A stretch of DNA of 64,000 nt from Gemmatimonadales bacterium (GCA_037189525.1 JBBCJC010000005.1:224001-288000), one strand, 5' to 3'; shown: positions 48,940 to 59,487, numbered from the stretch's first letter. Numbers and translations: made by a program. The notes: generated from the letters alone by a model not told the origin.

Positions 48940-50248
48940 CAATCCTCACCACGTCCTGTCGCGAAGGCAGCATTGCGTCACTCCGGCAGACGCCGGGAAC
49001 CCAAATCACGTCATTGCCATGCACCAGTACCGGCCATCCTGACCGACGGTGCCGAGAAATCTTCCTATCCTGCATGCATCGCACCACCAACCGCCGGCCC
49101 GTTCCACCCAGCGGGCGAATCCGGTCGCCGGCCATCCAGGGGCGAATCCGGAGATCCGGCGACCACGGCACCCAGGCGGTCCACCCTTCCCGGGGCATCT
49201 GCTCCGGTGGGTCTTCGGCCCGGATCTCGAAGCGCCACCCCGGCACCACGAGATCGTGGCCGGCCGGCGGCAACGCCGCGTCATAGGGCTCTGGATGTCC
49301 AATCGGGTGAAAAAGCCGCAACCGATCGAAATCCAGCTGTGCCACAGCGCCTCCGCGCAGGTCGACTGCCTGCCCGGAAACACCGTGTTCGATGAGGGTT
49401 TGTACGCGCGCCAATTCGCGGTGGCCAATTCCGAGCCGGAACCGGGCTCCCAGGGCGCGCAGCACCCCCCGAACGATGGCCGAACTATACCCGTTGAGCG
49501 GAGCCACAGCAACGGAAGCCCCACCCGATTCAGGGCGCAGATCGAGCCCCGGAAGCTCTTCGATCAGCGCCGCCCAGGCGTCCCGATCCTCGGCGGCGGC
49601 CCGGCCGAGCCGGATCAGTTGGGCATCGACCCGAGGCAGCCGGGATCGCAACCCGGGCAGGACCTCACCCCGGAGCCAATTGCGGTAGTGGCGCGGGTCG
49701 CGATTGCCGGGGTCGTCCCAGGTCTCGAGCTGGCATTGGGCCACATAGCTGGCCAGCTCCGCGCGCTCGATCCCGAGCAGCGGCCGAACCCATCGCCCCC
49801 GGCGGGCCGGAATCCCGACCAGCCCGGCCAGGCCGGTTCCTTCCAGAACCCGCATCAGGATCGTTTCGACCTGGTCATCCCGATGGTGCGCGGTCAGTAT
49901 CCAGGATGCCCCAGCTTCGCGGGCCACGCCTTCGAGCCAGCCGAGCCGGGCCCGGCGCGCCGCCGTTTCAGTGGCCCGGGCACCGAGTGCCACACGATGG
50001 GACACGAACGGCAGGCCCGATCGCTCCGCCGCGCGGCGAACCCGCTCCCCCACCTGCGCACTTTCGACGGCAATGCCATGATCGAAGTGGGCTACGACGA
50101 GGGCGAGCGCCCGTTCGGCCGCGGCATCGGCCGCGAGCGACAGGAGCGCCATCGAGTCGGGACCGCCCGACACCGCGAGGACCGCCGTCCCCTCACGCAC
50201 GCCGAGCCGGTCGAGTGCCGCGCGGAAACGAGTCGGGAGGTCGTTCAT
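48923..50248 (-). CDS. tilS: tRNA(Ile)-lysidine synthetase
   Basis: AVSGGPDSMAL PP-loop, TAHHRDDQVET, RPLL, RNWLR. Confidence 0.95.
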   Translation of the reverse strand: MNDLPTRFRAALDRLGVREGTAVLAVSGGPDSMALLSLAADAAAERALALVVAHFDHGIAVESAQVGERVRRAAERSGLPFVSHRVALGARATETAARRARLGWLEGVAREAGASWILTAHHRDDQVETILMRVLEGTGLAGLVGIPARRGRWVRPLLGIERAELASYVAQCQLETWDDPGNRDPRHYRNWLRGEVLPGLRSRLPRVDAQLIRLGRAAAEDRDAWAALIEELPGLDLRPESGGASVAVAPLNGYSSAIVRGVLRALGARFRLGIGHRELARVQTLIEHGVSGQAVDLRGGAVAQLDFDRLRLFHPIGHPEPYDAALPPAGHDLVVPGWRFEIRAEDPPEQMPREGWTAWVPWSPDLRIRPWMAGDRIRPLGGTGRRLVVRCMQDRKISRHRRSGWPVLVHGNDVIWVPGVCRSDAMLPSRQDVVRIDARSS

Positions 50249-51123
50249 CCTTCGAACGGCTCCATGTGCACGAGGACATCGCGCACGGCGGGGAGGTCGC
50301 GGCGGATCGCGGTCTTGACCTTTCCGCTCACGATGTGGGCCTCGTGGAGTGAGAGGTTGGGATCACTCTGAGCGTGGAGTTCGATGGCGAGGATCGGACC
50401 GATCTTCCGCACCCGGATCTTCTCGGTCGCCAGTACTTCGGACACGGTCCGCGCCGAGCGATCGATCTCGGCCAGCAACTCGTCGCTTGGTGCGCGGTCC
50501 ATCAGTTCCGCGACGGCCGGCCGCACGATGCCCAATCCATTCCAGAAGATGAGGCCCGACGCCGCGAGCGCGGCAAAGTCATCGGCCGACTCCCAACCAT
50601 CGCCGCCGATCAGCGCAATCGAGATTCCGAGAAACGCGGCCGCCGAGGTGATCGCATCGCTCTGGTGATGCCAGGCATCGGCTTCGACCAGGCCACTGCC
50701 CGCTTCGCGCGCCACCCGCATCACGTGACGCGACCACGCGGCCTTTACCGCCACGACGGCTACCAGCACGATCAGCGTGAACGGAGCCGGCGCATGATGA
50801 GGCGTCCGGATTTCCCGGACCGCTTCGACGGCAATGCCGATCGCGGCAGCCAGCAGCATCAACCCGACCACAACGGTCGCCAGCGCTTCGACGCGACCAT
50901 AGCCGAAGGGGAAGCGGTGATCGGCCTGACGACCCGAAATCCTGAGGCCGCCCCACACGATGGCCGACCCGACCAGATCGGTGATCGACTCGACCGCGTC
51001 GGCAATGAGGGCGTACGAGTTGCCGACGACCCCGGCCGCCAGCTTCACGACGGCGAGCCCGGCGTTGAGGCCAAATCCGCGGCGGGTCAGCCGCTCGAGC
51101 CTCGCTACCGGGGGTGCAGCCAT
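50245..51123 (-). CDS. Cation diffusion facilitator family transporter
   Basis: NSYALIADAVES, FPFGYGRVE, DAWHHQSD, DVLVHMEP. Confidence 0.93.
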   Translation of the reverse strand: MAAPPVARLERLTRRGFGLNAGLAVVKLAAGVVGNSYALIADAVESITDLVGSAIVWGGLRISGRQADHRFPFGYGRVEALATVVVGLMLLAAAIGIAVEAVREIRTPHHAPAPFTLIVLVAVVAVKAAWSRHVMRVAREAGSGLVEADAWHHQSDAITSAAAFLGISIALIGGDGWESADDFAALAASGLIFWNGLGIVRPAVAELMDRAPSDELLAEIDRSARTVSEVLATEKIRVRKIGPILAIELHAQSDPNLSLHEAHIVSGKVKTAIRRDLPAVRDVLVHMEPFEG

Positions 51124-53447
51124 CGTTCGAACAGATCGAAGATGCGGCGGTACTCGTCGGTCCAGGAGTCAGGTCGGACGAATCCGTGATCTTCGACCGG
51201 ATAGACGGCCATTTCCCAGTTGACCTTGCCGAGTTCGATCAGCCGCTGGCTCAGGCGGACCACGTCCTGAAAATGCACGTTGACGTCCACCATGCCGTGC
51301 GCAATCAGCAGCGGATCCTCGAGCCCTTCCGCAAAGTAGATCGGCGAGGATCGGCGAAAGGCTACGCTATCCTCTTGGGGTTCATTGAGGATTGCAGCCG
51401 TGTAGGGATGATTGTAGTGGGCCCAGTCGGTCACGCTGCGCAGCGCGGCGCCCGCACCGAAGTACTTGGCCTCGGTGAAGAGCGCCATCAGGGTGATGAA
51501 CCCGCCGTAGGAGCCACCGTAGATCCCGATCCGGTCGAACGAGATGCCCAGCTCTCGATTCAGGTAGCGGGCGCCGTCGACGTGATCCTGGAGATCCCGC
51601 CCGCCCATGTGCCGGTAGATGGCCGTACGCCAGTCGCGGCCGTACCCCGCCGAGGCCCGGTAATCGATGTCGAGGACGAGGTACCCCTTCCGGGCCAGGA
51701 AGTGATGGAACTGGTACTCGCGATAGTAGCTCGACCAGTAGTTGTGCACGTTGTGCAGATACCCTGCCCCATGCACGAAGATCACGGCAGCGCCGTTAGG
51801 CCGAGCCCCGACGTCGGCAGGACGATAGATCCGCGCCGGGACCGGAACGCCATCAGAGGCGGGAATCTCGATGATATCCGGTTTGATCCAGGTATGGGCC
51901 AGCCACTCCGCCGTCGGCGAGGTGGTCAACTGGATCGGCTTGCCGGACCCGCGCGTCGGCCGAACGAAAAGTTCGGGCGGCCGGTTGGCGGTCGAGTAGA
52001 CATCCGCCATCCAGCGCCCATCCGGCGAGAGGCTGACGGTATGGCCGCCGACATCCGTGGTCAGCCGTTCCCGGGACCCGCCCGCGGTCGGCAGCAGATA
52101 GAAGTGTCGTTCATAGAGTGAGGGCTCGCTGGTGTGCAGGGCCCAGCGCGTCCGGTCGGGCGTCAGTTCGGCGGCGAGGACTTCCCAACGGCCGCGGGTC
52201 CGCTGTTCGCGGCGCGACCCGTCGGGCGCCACGGTATAGAGATGGGCGAATCCGTCGGCCTCGGAGACAAACCAGACGCCCGCCTCCCCAGCGAGCCATC
52301 CGGCGCAGCGGCCGCAGGGCCCGCCCACCCAGGCGCTGTCCCGAAGCAGGTCGAGCGAACGAACGGTTGCCGCGCTGTCGGCGTCGATGCGCACCAGGTG
52401 CCGCGTGGTATAGTCGCGACTGATGGCCATCAGCAGGACGGCGGTACCGGCATCGTTCCAGCCCGCGTCCGCCAGGTAGGCATAGACCATCCCGGAGTCC
52501 GACGGGATCGGGCGGATCCAGCTCACGCGTCCGGTGGCTACAGTCAGCAGGCCGACCCGGCGGCGGGCCTGGCCGTCGCCCACCTTGATGCGGGTCTCGA
52601 GGGTTTCGGTATATCCCGAAGGCGCCACGTAATCGGGCACTCCGGTCCGCCGGGTTTCCCCCGGCGTCGAGGTCAGCACCAGAACATGCGTACCTTCCGG
52701 CGACGGAACCAGCTGGTCCACCTGTTCATTGCGCTGCAGGTGGACCGCTGCGAGCCCCCCCGCCTCACGCGCTTCGCGCTCGGCGCGCTCCAGGCTGTCC
52801 CGCCAGGCCCGATCACGCACCGCGCCCAGCAGTCGGCGCTCTTCCTGGACCAGAAAGGCGCGCTGGGGAGTCGTCTGCGCCGAATCCGGGCGCGGACCGG
52901 GGCGAATGTTGGTGAGTTGGGTAACCTGCCAGTTCACCAGATCGAACGCGAAGAGATTGGTCTCGCGCCGGAAGAAGATACGATTGCCGGCAACGTCGAA
53001 GCTCGGGCTCTGCTCGGCCGCTCCCGGCGTATCGGTCAATCGGCGGATCGCGCCCGACGGCAACTCGATCAGAAACAGATCGTTCCGGACCGACACCACG
53101 CGCCGTCGGCCGTCGCGCGACGTCGCGCCGGTCGCCAGCAATGGCGCGATCGAATCGGCGGCCGCCGGCGAGAGCCGTTCGGGAACCGCGCCCTCGCGCG
53201 GGCGGACCCGGAACAGCCGGTTGGGCTCCCGCCACGCCGAGCCGGGCTCGAGCCAATTGAAGTAGAGCCATTGCCCGTCGGGCGACCAGCGCACATCGGC
53301 CGGTTCCCGACCGACCGTTTCCGCGCCGCGCATAATCCAGGGAATGGTCAGTTCCGGTGCCGGACCCGACGACGTCTGGGCGGCCGCCGGCATCGCGCCG
53401 GACACGATCAGCAGGAAGACCGGTACCAGTCGCCACGGACTCGTCAT
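51105..53447 (-). CDS. S9 family (DPP IV-like) exported peptidase
   Basis: Signal peptide, beta-propeller repeats, GGSYGG nucleophile, DVNVH, EDHGF. Confidence 0.93.
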   Translation of the reverse strand: MTSPWRLVPVFLLIVSGAMPAAAQTSSGPAPELTIPWIMRGAETVGREPADVRWSPDGQWLYFNWLEPGSAWREPNRLFRVRPREGAVPERLSPAAADSIAPLLATGATSRDGRRRVVSVRNDLFLIELPSGAIRRLTDTPGAAEQSPSFDVAGNRIFFRRETNLFAFDLVNWQVTQLTNIRPGPRPDSAQTTPQRAFLVQEERRLLGAVRDRAWRDSLERAEREAREAGGLAAVHLQRNEQVDQLVPSPEGTHVLVLTSTPGETRRTGVPDYVAPSGYTETLETRIKVGDGQARRRVGLLTVATGRVSWIRPIPSDSGMVYAYLADAGWNDAGTAVLLMAISRDYTTRHLVRIDADSAATVRSLDLLRDSAWVGGPCGRCAGWLAGEAGVWFVSEADGFAHLYTVAPDGSRREQRTRGRWEVLAAELTPDRTRWALHTSEPSLYERHFYLLPTAGGSRERLTTDVGGHTVSLSPDGRWMADVYSTANRPPELFVRPTRGSGKPIQLTTSPTAEWLAHTWIKPDIIEIPASDGVPVPARIYRPADVGARPNGAAVIFVHGAGYLHNVHNYWSSYYREYQFHHFLARKGYLVLDIDYRASAGYGRDWRTAIYRHMGGRDLQDHVDGARYLNRELGISFDRIGIYGGSYGGFITLMALFTEAKYFGAGAALRSVTDWAHYNHPYTAAILNEPQEDSVAFRRSSPIYFAEGLEDPLLIAHGMVDVNVHFQDVVRLSQRLIELGKVNWEMAVYPVEDHGFVRPDSWTDEYRRIFDLFERWLHPR

Positions 53448-53501
53448 CGCCAGACTCCGATCGAACGTGATGTTAGCTGCGCAAGGAGTGCGGCACCCGA
53501 A

Positions 53502-54137
53502 TCAGGGAGACAGGCGCTCCCGCTCCCACCCGCCTGCCGCGCGCCGATAGCGAATCCGGTCATGGAGCCGGTTGGACCGGCCCTGCCAGAACTCGATTGC
53601 TTCGGGCACCACCCGAAAGCCGCCCCAATGCTCCGGATACGGCACGGCCCCTTCGGCGTAGCGGGCCTCCGTTTCCGCCAGCGCCGCTTCCAGCGTAGCG
53701 CGATCCGGCAAGACACTGCTCTGCCGAGAAGTCCAGGCGCCCAGTTGCGAGCCGTGCGGCCTCGAATGGAAGTACTCGGCGGACTCGGCGGGCGCAATCC
53801 GTTCGACCCGGCCGATGATGCGCACCTGGCGCTCCAGTAATTGCCAGAAAAACACCAGCGCCGCCACCGGATTGAGGCCGAGCGCGATGGCCTTGGGACT
53901 TCGATAATCGGTAAAGAAGGTGAAGCCCGCGGCCGTCACGCCCTTGAGCAGAACGATCCGCGCTTCGGGGACGCCGCCGGGCGTGGCCGTGGCCAACGTC
54001 ATCGCGTTCGGCTCGGGAACCTTGGCGGCCATCGCTTCGGCGTACCAACGCTCGAACTGGACGATCGGATCGGGATCCACGGACGCTTCGTCGAGCGAAT
54101 GCCGGCCGTAGTCGATTCGCTGATCGGCAAGACTCAT
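53502..54137 (-). CDS. pdxH: Pyridoxamine 5'-phosphate oxidase
   Basis: [39 protein letters not shown]. Confidence 0.97.
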   Translation of the reverse strand: MSLADQRIDYGRHSLDEASVDPDPIVQFERWYAEAMAAKVPEPNAMTLATATPGGVPEARIVLLKGVTAAGFTFFTDYRSPKAIALGLNPVAALVFFWQLLERQVRIIGRVERIAPAESAEYFHSRPHGSQLGAWTSRQSSVLPDRATLEAALAETEARYAEGAVPYPEHWGGFRVVPEAIEFWQGRSNRLHDRIRYRRAAGGWERERLSP

Positions 54138-54170
54138 CGTTCCTCCCTGCACACCGGCGCCATGGCGCCG

Positions 54171-55487
54171 TCAGGCCGGCTGCACGACACCGGCACACTC
54201 ACCGAAACCGATCGAGACGGCGCCGGGACGCTCACAGTAGGCACGCATCACCACCTCGTCTCCGTCCTGCAGAAAACGCCGGACTTCGCCGGTCGGCAGG
54301 GTGAGCGGTTCGGTGCCGCGCCAGGTGAGCTCCAGGAGACACCCGCGATTTTCCCGGGCGGGGCCTGAAATGGTTCCACTGCCGAGCAGGTCGCCGGGGC
54401 GCAGGTTGCATCCGTTGCTGGCGTGGTGGGTCAGCAGTTGAGCCACGGTCCAGTACATCGACGCGAACGAGGCGCGGCTGACTGGCTCGGGCTCGAGCTG
54501 CTCGGCACGCATCTGCGCGGTCCTCAGGGCGACCACGACCTGGATATCGAAGCCGCCGGACCGTTGATTGGCCTCGGAGGCCAGGTACGGCAGCGGATCG
54601 GGGTCGCCGGCCGGACGATCGAACGCCGGGACCCGGAACGGCGCCAGCGCATCCGCCGTGACGACCCAGGGCGAGATCGTACTGGCAAAACTCTTGGAGA
54701 GGAACGGACCGAGCGGCTGATACTCCCAGCGCTGGATATCGCGTGCGGACCAGTCGTTCAGCATCGAGAGGCCGAAGATCTGCTGCTCAGCTTCCGCCAG
54801 CGGAATCACGTTGCCAAGACTGTTCCCCGGCCCGACCCAGGCGCCCAACTCGCATTCGTAATCGAGCGACCGGCTGGGACCGAAGACCGGCTCCGGCGCC
54901 TGGTCGTCCTTGATCTGCCCCATCGGCCGGCGAACCGGAGTACCGCTCGGCACGATCGACGAAGCCCGGCCGTGATAACCGATCGGCACGTACTTGTAGT
55001 TGGGCAGGAGCGGGTTCTCGGGCCGGAACATGCTGCCGACGTTGGTGGCATGATGCACCGAGGCATAAAAATCGGTGTAGTCACCGATGGCAGCCGGCAG
55101 CAGCAGTTCCACGTCGTCCATGCGGAAGAGACACCGGGCGACGCGCTCCCGATCGGCGGCGCTGCGTTCCAGCAGCGCAAACAGGCAATGCCGGAGCGCG
55201 CGGGCAGCGTCGCGACCCAGCGCCATCAACGGGTTGAGGGACGTCGCTCCGACCGCATCCCGCACCGCCTGATCCACCGCCGCCAGGAGGCCCTCGTCCC
55301 GGAGCGCCGCCAGGTCGAGCACCTCACGCCCGATGGCAACGCCAACCCGGCCCGGCTGCCCCGACCCGGTACGACGAAACACGCCGAACGGAAGATTCTG
55401 GAGCGGGAAATCCGCGCGCGCCTGCTGGGCAGATTCGACCCACGACGTGGCGGTGGGGTCGTGAGTGTGATCCGTGATCCGTGTCAT
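54171..55487 (-). CDS. fahA: Fumarylacetoacetase
   Basis: FPLQNLPFGVF, DYTDFYAS..HATNVG, PIGYHGRASS, LDYECELG, NDWSARDIQRWEYQPLGPF. Confidence 0.96.
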   Translation of the reverse strand: MTRITDHTHDPTATSWVESAQQARADFPLQNLPFGVFRRTGSGQPGRVGVAIGREVLDLAALRDEGLLAAVDQAVRDAVGATSLNPLMALGRDAARALRHCLFALLERSAADRERVARCLFRMDDVELLLPAAIGDYTDFYASVHHATNVGSMFRPENPLLPNYKYVPIGYHGRASSIVPSGTPVRRPMGQIKDDQAPEPVFGPSRSLDYECELGAWVGPGNSLGNVIPLAEAEQQIFGLSMLNDWSARDIQRWEYQPLGPFLSKSFASTISPWVVTADALAPFRVPAFDRPAGDPDPLPYLASEANQRSGGFDIQVVVALRTAQMRAEQLEPEPVSRASFASMYWTVAQLLTHHASNGCNLRPGDLLGSGTISGPARENRGCLLELTWRGTEPLTLPTGEVRRFLQDGDEVVMRAYCERPGAVSIGFGECAGVVQPA

Positions 55488-56368
55488 GACAGTACCGCTG
55501 GCTCGAGTTCATCGACGGGCTCGCGAAAGGAGCAGGACCCGAACCCGTCGAAACGGTCCGACAGCTGCGCCACGTCGATCCGCCGATCGCCCCAGACGAC
55601 CTGGTCCGCATCGATCCGAAAAGCTCGAGGGGGCTCCGCTTCGAGGGCGGCGCGAACCAGAGCGAGGTCCGCGCCCTGCCCGGCAAGCACTGTCGCAACC
55701 ATCAGATTGAGATATCCATACATGATGCCCGAGGGACCGTCCGGCTCGTAGGTCAGGCGGAACCGGCCACGGACCGGATGGTGCAGACCCGCCGTGGCCT
55801 TGAAGGGAATCCGTCGGGCGCTGACCGCAACCAGAAACGCCGCGACGACCCCCGGATCGGGAAACGCCTCGGGCGTCACCCCGCCCATCCGGATCTTGGC
55901 CCGGGCCCCCGCCCCGGCCAGCGCATCCAACACCGCATCGCGCCCGGCGCCGAGCGGAATTTCTCCGTACCAGCGCCGCGCGCCCACCGCCTGCGCCAGC
56001 CGTTCCACCGCCGCCGGCCCGTCAACCCGGGCTTCGAAGCAATCCAACGCCATGCCCAGCCGGGCCGCATCCGCCTGGTGCGCATCGGTCGCGGCCAGGT
56101 CGGCCACCGGGTCGGCGCCCAGGGTGAGACTCAATTGCCAGGCAGCCTGCGGTCCGTCCGCCGCTTCGATCGCGGCCAGCGATTCGGCCAGCCGGACGGC
56201 GGGAACGACGAAACGACCGAGCGCCCACGCATCCGCGGACCGCCGATAGATGGCGTAGTTCGCCACCGCCTCCGCCATGGACAGCGCCGAGGGCGGAAAG
56301 AGGCCGGCATAGTCGATCCGGCCGGCCAGCAGCGCCGTCCCTACCGGCCTCTCGCCCGGGGTACTCAT
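55484..56368 (-). CDS. Conserved hypothetical protein coupled to fahA
   Basis: IDYAGLFPP, AKIRMGG, FKATAGLHHP, FGSCSFREP; ATGA overlap with fahA; start at ATG 56368. Confidence 0.8.
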   Translation of the reverse strand: MSTPGERPVGTALLAGRIDYAGLFPPSALSMAEAVANYAIYRRSADAWALGRFVVPAVRLAESLAAIEAADGPQAAWQLSLTLGADPVADLAATDAHQADAARLGMALDCFEARVDGPAAVERLAQAVGARRWYGEIPLGAGRDAVLDALAGAGARAKIRMGGVTPEAFPDPGVVAAFLVAVSARRIPFKATAGLHHPVRGRFRLTYEPDGPSGIMYGYLNLMVATVLAGQGADLALVRAALEAEPPRAFRIDADQVVWGDRRIDVAQLSDRFDGFGSCSFREPVDELEPAVLS

Positions 56369-56505
56369 GCCGGCGTCCGGGCCGGGGCAAACCGCGCCGA
56401 TGGCGGAAAATCGTTCCGGACCGGGCCCGCCAACGGGTGACGAGCAGTCGAGACCACCAGGCGCAAACTCATGTATTTCAACGACATGACGAAGTTCCAT
56501 CCCGA

Positions 56506-56521
56506 TGGCACAGCCCCTGCT
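56506..56521 (+). promoter_or_regulatory. Putative sigma54 (-24/-12) promoter
   Basis: TGGCAC-AGCCC-CTGCT with exact GG-N10-GC spacing, in the divergent intergenic region upstream of the GGDEF gene. Confidence 0.55.
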
Positions 56522-56644
56522 AAATGACCGTGCGGGGCGGCAGGTTTTGACCGTCTCGATTTGTCGAGCATGTCCGGGTTTCCTGGGCCGGCCCGACCGA
56601 TCAAACCAATTTCTGGGAGAGCCCGAGTCCACGTGACGACGTTC

Positions 56645-57622
56645 ATGACCACGTCCCCACTGACGTCTCCTGCTCCGTTCGGTGCCGCAAGCACCTCGAC
56701 GGGCGGCAACGCTCTTTCGGCAACTCCACTGATCAACGTTCTCGTCGTCGAAGATAATCCGGTCGACGCGATGCGAATTCGCCAGTTGCTGGCCCGGTCG
56801 CGCAGCGCGCGGTTCGTGGTCGAATCGGCCGCCACTCTTGCCGCGGCCGAGGACCGGATCGCCACGGGGGCCATCGAAGTCGTACTCCTGGACCTGGACC
56901 TGCCGGACAGCCTCGGCCTCGCGACCTACACCTCGCTCGCCGCGCTGGCTCCGCACCTGCCGGTCATCATCCTGTCCCGCAGCAGCGAGGAGGCCGTTGC
57001 GCTGCAGGCCATCCGGCTCGGGGCGCAGGACACGGTTTTCAAGTCACACCTGAGCGCCGAGGGCCTTGCCCGCATGGTGCGATGCGGGATCGAGCGGCAG
57101 CAGATTCTGACCTCACTCCGCGGCCAGTCGCTCACCGACGAGCTGACGGGACTGCTCAACCGGCGGGGCTTCACCACGATTGCGCAGGGTCACCTGCGGC
57201 TGGCCACCCGGACCGGGAACCGCTTCCTGGTGTTCTTCTTCGACGTCGACGACCTGAAGACGATCAACGACGGCTTCGGACACGAAGCCGGCGACCACGC
57301 CATTCGCGCGATCGGCGCGGTCCTTCGCCGGACCTTCCGTCAGTCGGACGTGGTGGCTCGGCACGGGGGCGACGAGTTCGTGGTGCTGGCGCTCGATACC
57401 TCGGGCGACGAAGGCGCGACCATCCGGCGCCGGCTCGCCGCCAACCTGATCCGCGCCAACGGGGAGAGCAACCTGCCGTTCAACCTGGCGGTCAGCACCG
57501 GTACGGTCGCCTACGACGGCCGTGAGCAGGAGCCTCTGGGGTCCCTGCTGGCACGTGCCGACCTGGCGCTCTACGCCGACAAGCGCCGTCGGAAGCTCCA
57601 AGCCGCCGAGGCCGGCGCTTGA
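56645..57622 (+). CDS. Response regulator diguanylate cyclase (REC-GGDEF)
   Basis: VVEDN..LLDLDLPD REC; DELTGLLNRR, DVDDLKTINDGFGH, RQSD I-site five residues before GGDEF; start uncertain. Confidence 0.93.
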   Translation: MTTSPLTSPAPFGAASTSTGGNALSATPLINVLVVEDNPVDAMRIRQLLARSRSARFVVESAATLAAAEDRIATGAIEVVLLDLDLPDSLGLATYTSLAALAPHLPVIILSRSSEEAVALQAIRLGAQDTVFKSHLSAEGLARMVRCGIERQQILTSLRGQSLTDELTGLLNRRGFTTIAQGHLRLATRTGNRFLVFFFDVDDLKTINDGFGHEAGDHAIRAIGAVLRRTFRQSDVVARHGGDEFVVLALDTSGDEGATIRRRLAANLIRANGESNLPFNLAVSTGTVAYDGREQEPLGSLLARADLALYADKRRRKLQAAEAGA

Positions 57623-57694
57623 CCATGATTTTAGCCCGTCGATCGCGCGTCAGACCGGGATTCGGCCACGGGCCGGCCTCCCGGTATCCGACGC

Positions 57695-57722
57695 TCAAGA
57701 TGGCCCTACGCGCCGCCGATAC
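57695..57722 (+). promoter_or_regulatory. Putative sigma28 (FliA) promoter for motAB
   Basis: TCAAG-N15-GCCGATAC, 55 nt upstream of motA. Confidence 0.6.
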
Positions 57723-57777
57723 TTGGCCGGAGCCAGCCGGCTGTCCGGCGCTCGGGAAGGATTGATCAGGGTCCATC

Positions 57778-58638
57778 ATGTTTGCGATCATCGGGATCAT
57801 CGTCGTACTCGCATCCGTGCTGGGCGGCTTCTCCATTGCCGGCGGTAGCATTCCGTCGCTGTTCCACATTTCCGAAATCATCGTCATCCTGGGTACCGCC
57901 TTCGGCACCATGATGATTTCGACGCCCGTTCCCGTCCTCAAAGGGATGATGGGCAAGATCGTGGGTGTCCTCAAAGGCTCCGGCATGAAGGCCGACGTCT
58001 ATCTGGACACGCTCAAGATGCTGTACGAGCTGTTTCAGATTGCCCGGAAAGACGGCCTGGTCGCCATCGAGTCGCATATCGAGGGACCGGACAAGAGCGC
58101 GGTCTTCAAGCGATACCCCGCGGTGCTCCACCACCATCATGCCATGCAGTTCCTCTGCGACAACCTGCGGCTCGTGCTGGTGGGCAGCGTCCCTCCACAC
58201 GACCTCGACGGCCTGATGGACTCCGAAATCGAGTTGCACCATCACCACGAAGAGGCCATGGCCGGCGCGCTCCAGAAGGTCTCCGACGCGCTGCCGGGTA
58301 TCGGCATCGTGGCGGCCGTGCTCGGTATCATCGTGACGATGGCCGCGATTGCCGGCCCGGTCGAAGAAATCGGCTACAAGGTCGGCGCCGCGCTGACCGG
58401 TACCATGCTCGGCGTCTTCTGCGCCTACGGCCTGTTCGGGCCGCTGGCCACAGCCATCGAGCACGCCAACGCCTCGGAGCAGAGCCTCTACCAGGTCCTT
58501 CGGGCCGCCGTGGTCGCGTTTGCCAAGGGACTGGCGCCCATCGTGGCCGTGGAGTTTGCGCGCCGAGCGGTTCCGGCCGACGTGCGCCCGACGTTTGCCG
58601 CCATGGAAACTGCCTGCAAGTCCGTCAAACCGAAGTAA
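57778..58638 (+). CDS. motA: Flagellar motor stator protein MotA
   Basis: RKDGLVAIESHIE, DALPGIGIVAAVLG, GAALTGT, AVEFARRAVP. Confidence 0.96.
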   Translation: MFAIIGIIVVLASVLGGFSIAGGSIPSLFHISEIIVILGTAFGTMMISTPVPVLKGMMGKIVGVLKGSGMKADVYLDTLKMLYELFQIARKDGLVAIESHIEGPDKSAVFKRYPAVLHHHHAMQFLCDNLRLVLVGSVPPHDLDGLMDSEIELHHHHEEAMAGALQKVSDALPGIGIVAAVLGIIVTMAAIAGPVEEIGYKVGAALTGTMLGVFCAYGLFGPLATAIEHANASEQSLYQVLRAAVVAFAKGLAPIVAVEFARRAVPADVRPTFAAMETACKSVKPK

Positions 58639-58650
58639 GCAGGCGGGCTC

Positions 58651-59487
58651 ATGGCGAACAAAGACCGCGAACAACCCATCATCATCATCAAGAAGAAAGT
58701 CGCCGGGCACGGCCATCACGGCGGCGCCTGGAAAGTGGCGTTTGCCGACTTCATGACGGCCATGTTCGCGCTGTTCCTGGTGCTCTGGCTCGTCAATCAG
58801 AGTTCCGACGTGAAGTCGGCCATTGCCGGCTATTTCCAGGACCCGCTCGGTCGCGCGAACGAATTCGGTTCGTCGATCGTGCCGGGTGAGGGCGCGCAGA
58901 CCCAGATGGCGCGTCCGCTCGCGCCGGCGCAGATCGTCGACATCCGGATCGACCGGCTGATACGGCTGGCGGAGGATATCCGCGAAAAGCTGGGCAAGGT
59001 TCCCCTGCTCGACTCGCTGCGCAATCGGGTCGAGATCACCATGACGGACGACGGCCTCCGGATCGAACTCCTGGAGGATTCGACCGCGCAGTTCTTCCAG
59101 TCGGGTAGCGCGATGATGAGCCCACATGGGCGTGAACTGATCACACTGATCGGCCGCGAACTGGCTCAGGACTCGAATCAGATTCAGATCGAGGGGCACA
59201 CCGACTCGAGGCCCTACGCCTCGACTACGGGCTACTCGAACTGGGAACTGTCGGCCGACCGCGCCAACGCGGCTCGCCGGATCCTGGGCGAAGGCGGGGT
59301 CGCGAGCCAGCGGATTTCCGAGATTCGCGGCATGGCCGATCGCGAACTCCGCTATCCGAATGCGCCGTTCGACCCGCGCAACCGGCGCGTCACGATCACG
59401 GTTCTGCTCGATCGGCACCTGTCGGGTCCGCTGCTGCCGCAACAACCCGCCGCCGACCCCGGCGGCTTCAGGCCCGGAGTCCGCTGA
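58651..59487 (+). CDS. motB: Flagellar motor stator protein MotB
   Basis: HHGGAWKVAFADFMTAMFALF, OmpA-like GHTD..NWELSADRANAAR..NRRV. Confidence 0.96.
   Translation: MANKDREQPIIIIKKKVAGHGHHGGAWKVAFADFMTAMFALFLVLWLVNQSSDVKSAIAGYFQDPLGRANEFGSSIVPGEGAQTQMARPLAPAQIVDIRIDRLIRLAEDIREKLGKVPLLDSLRNRVEITMTDDGLRIELLEDSTAQFFQSGSAMMSPHGRELITLIGRELAQDSNQIQIEGHTDSRPYASTTGYSNWELSADRANAARRILGEGGVASQRISEIRGMADRELRYPNAPFDPRNRRVTITVLLDRHLSGPLLPQQPAADPGGFRPGVR

Noticed and set aside
56385..56470. GGGCAAACC...GGCGCAAA resembling a c-di-GMP-I (GEMM) riboswitch upstream of the cyclase
   Set aside because: Spacing between the conserved blocks is far too long, no GNRA-capped stem or downstream receptor stem is evident, and it lies upstream of the predicted promoter; an Infernal RF01051 scan would settle it
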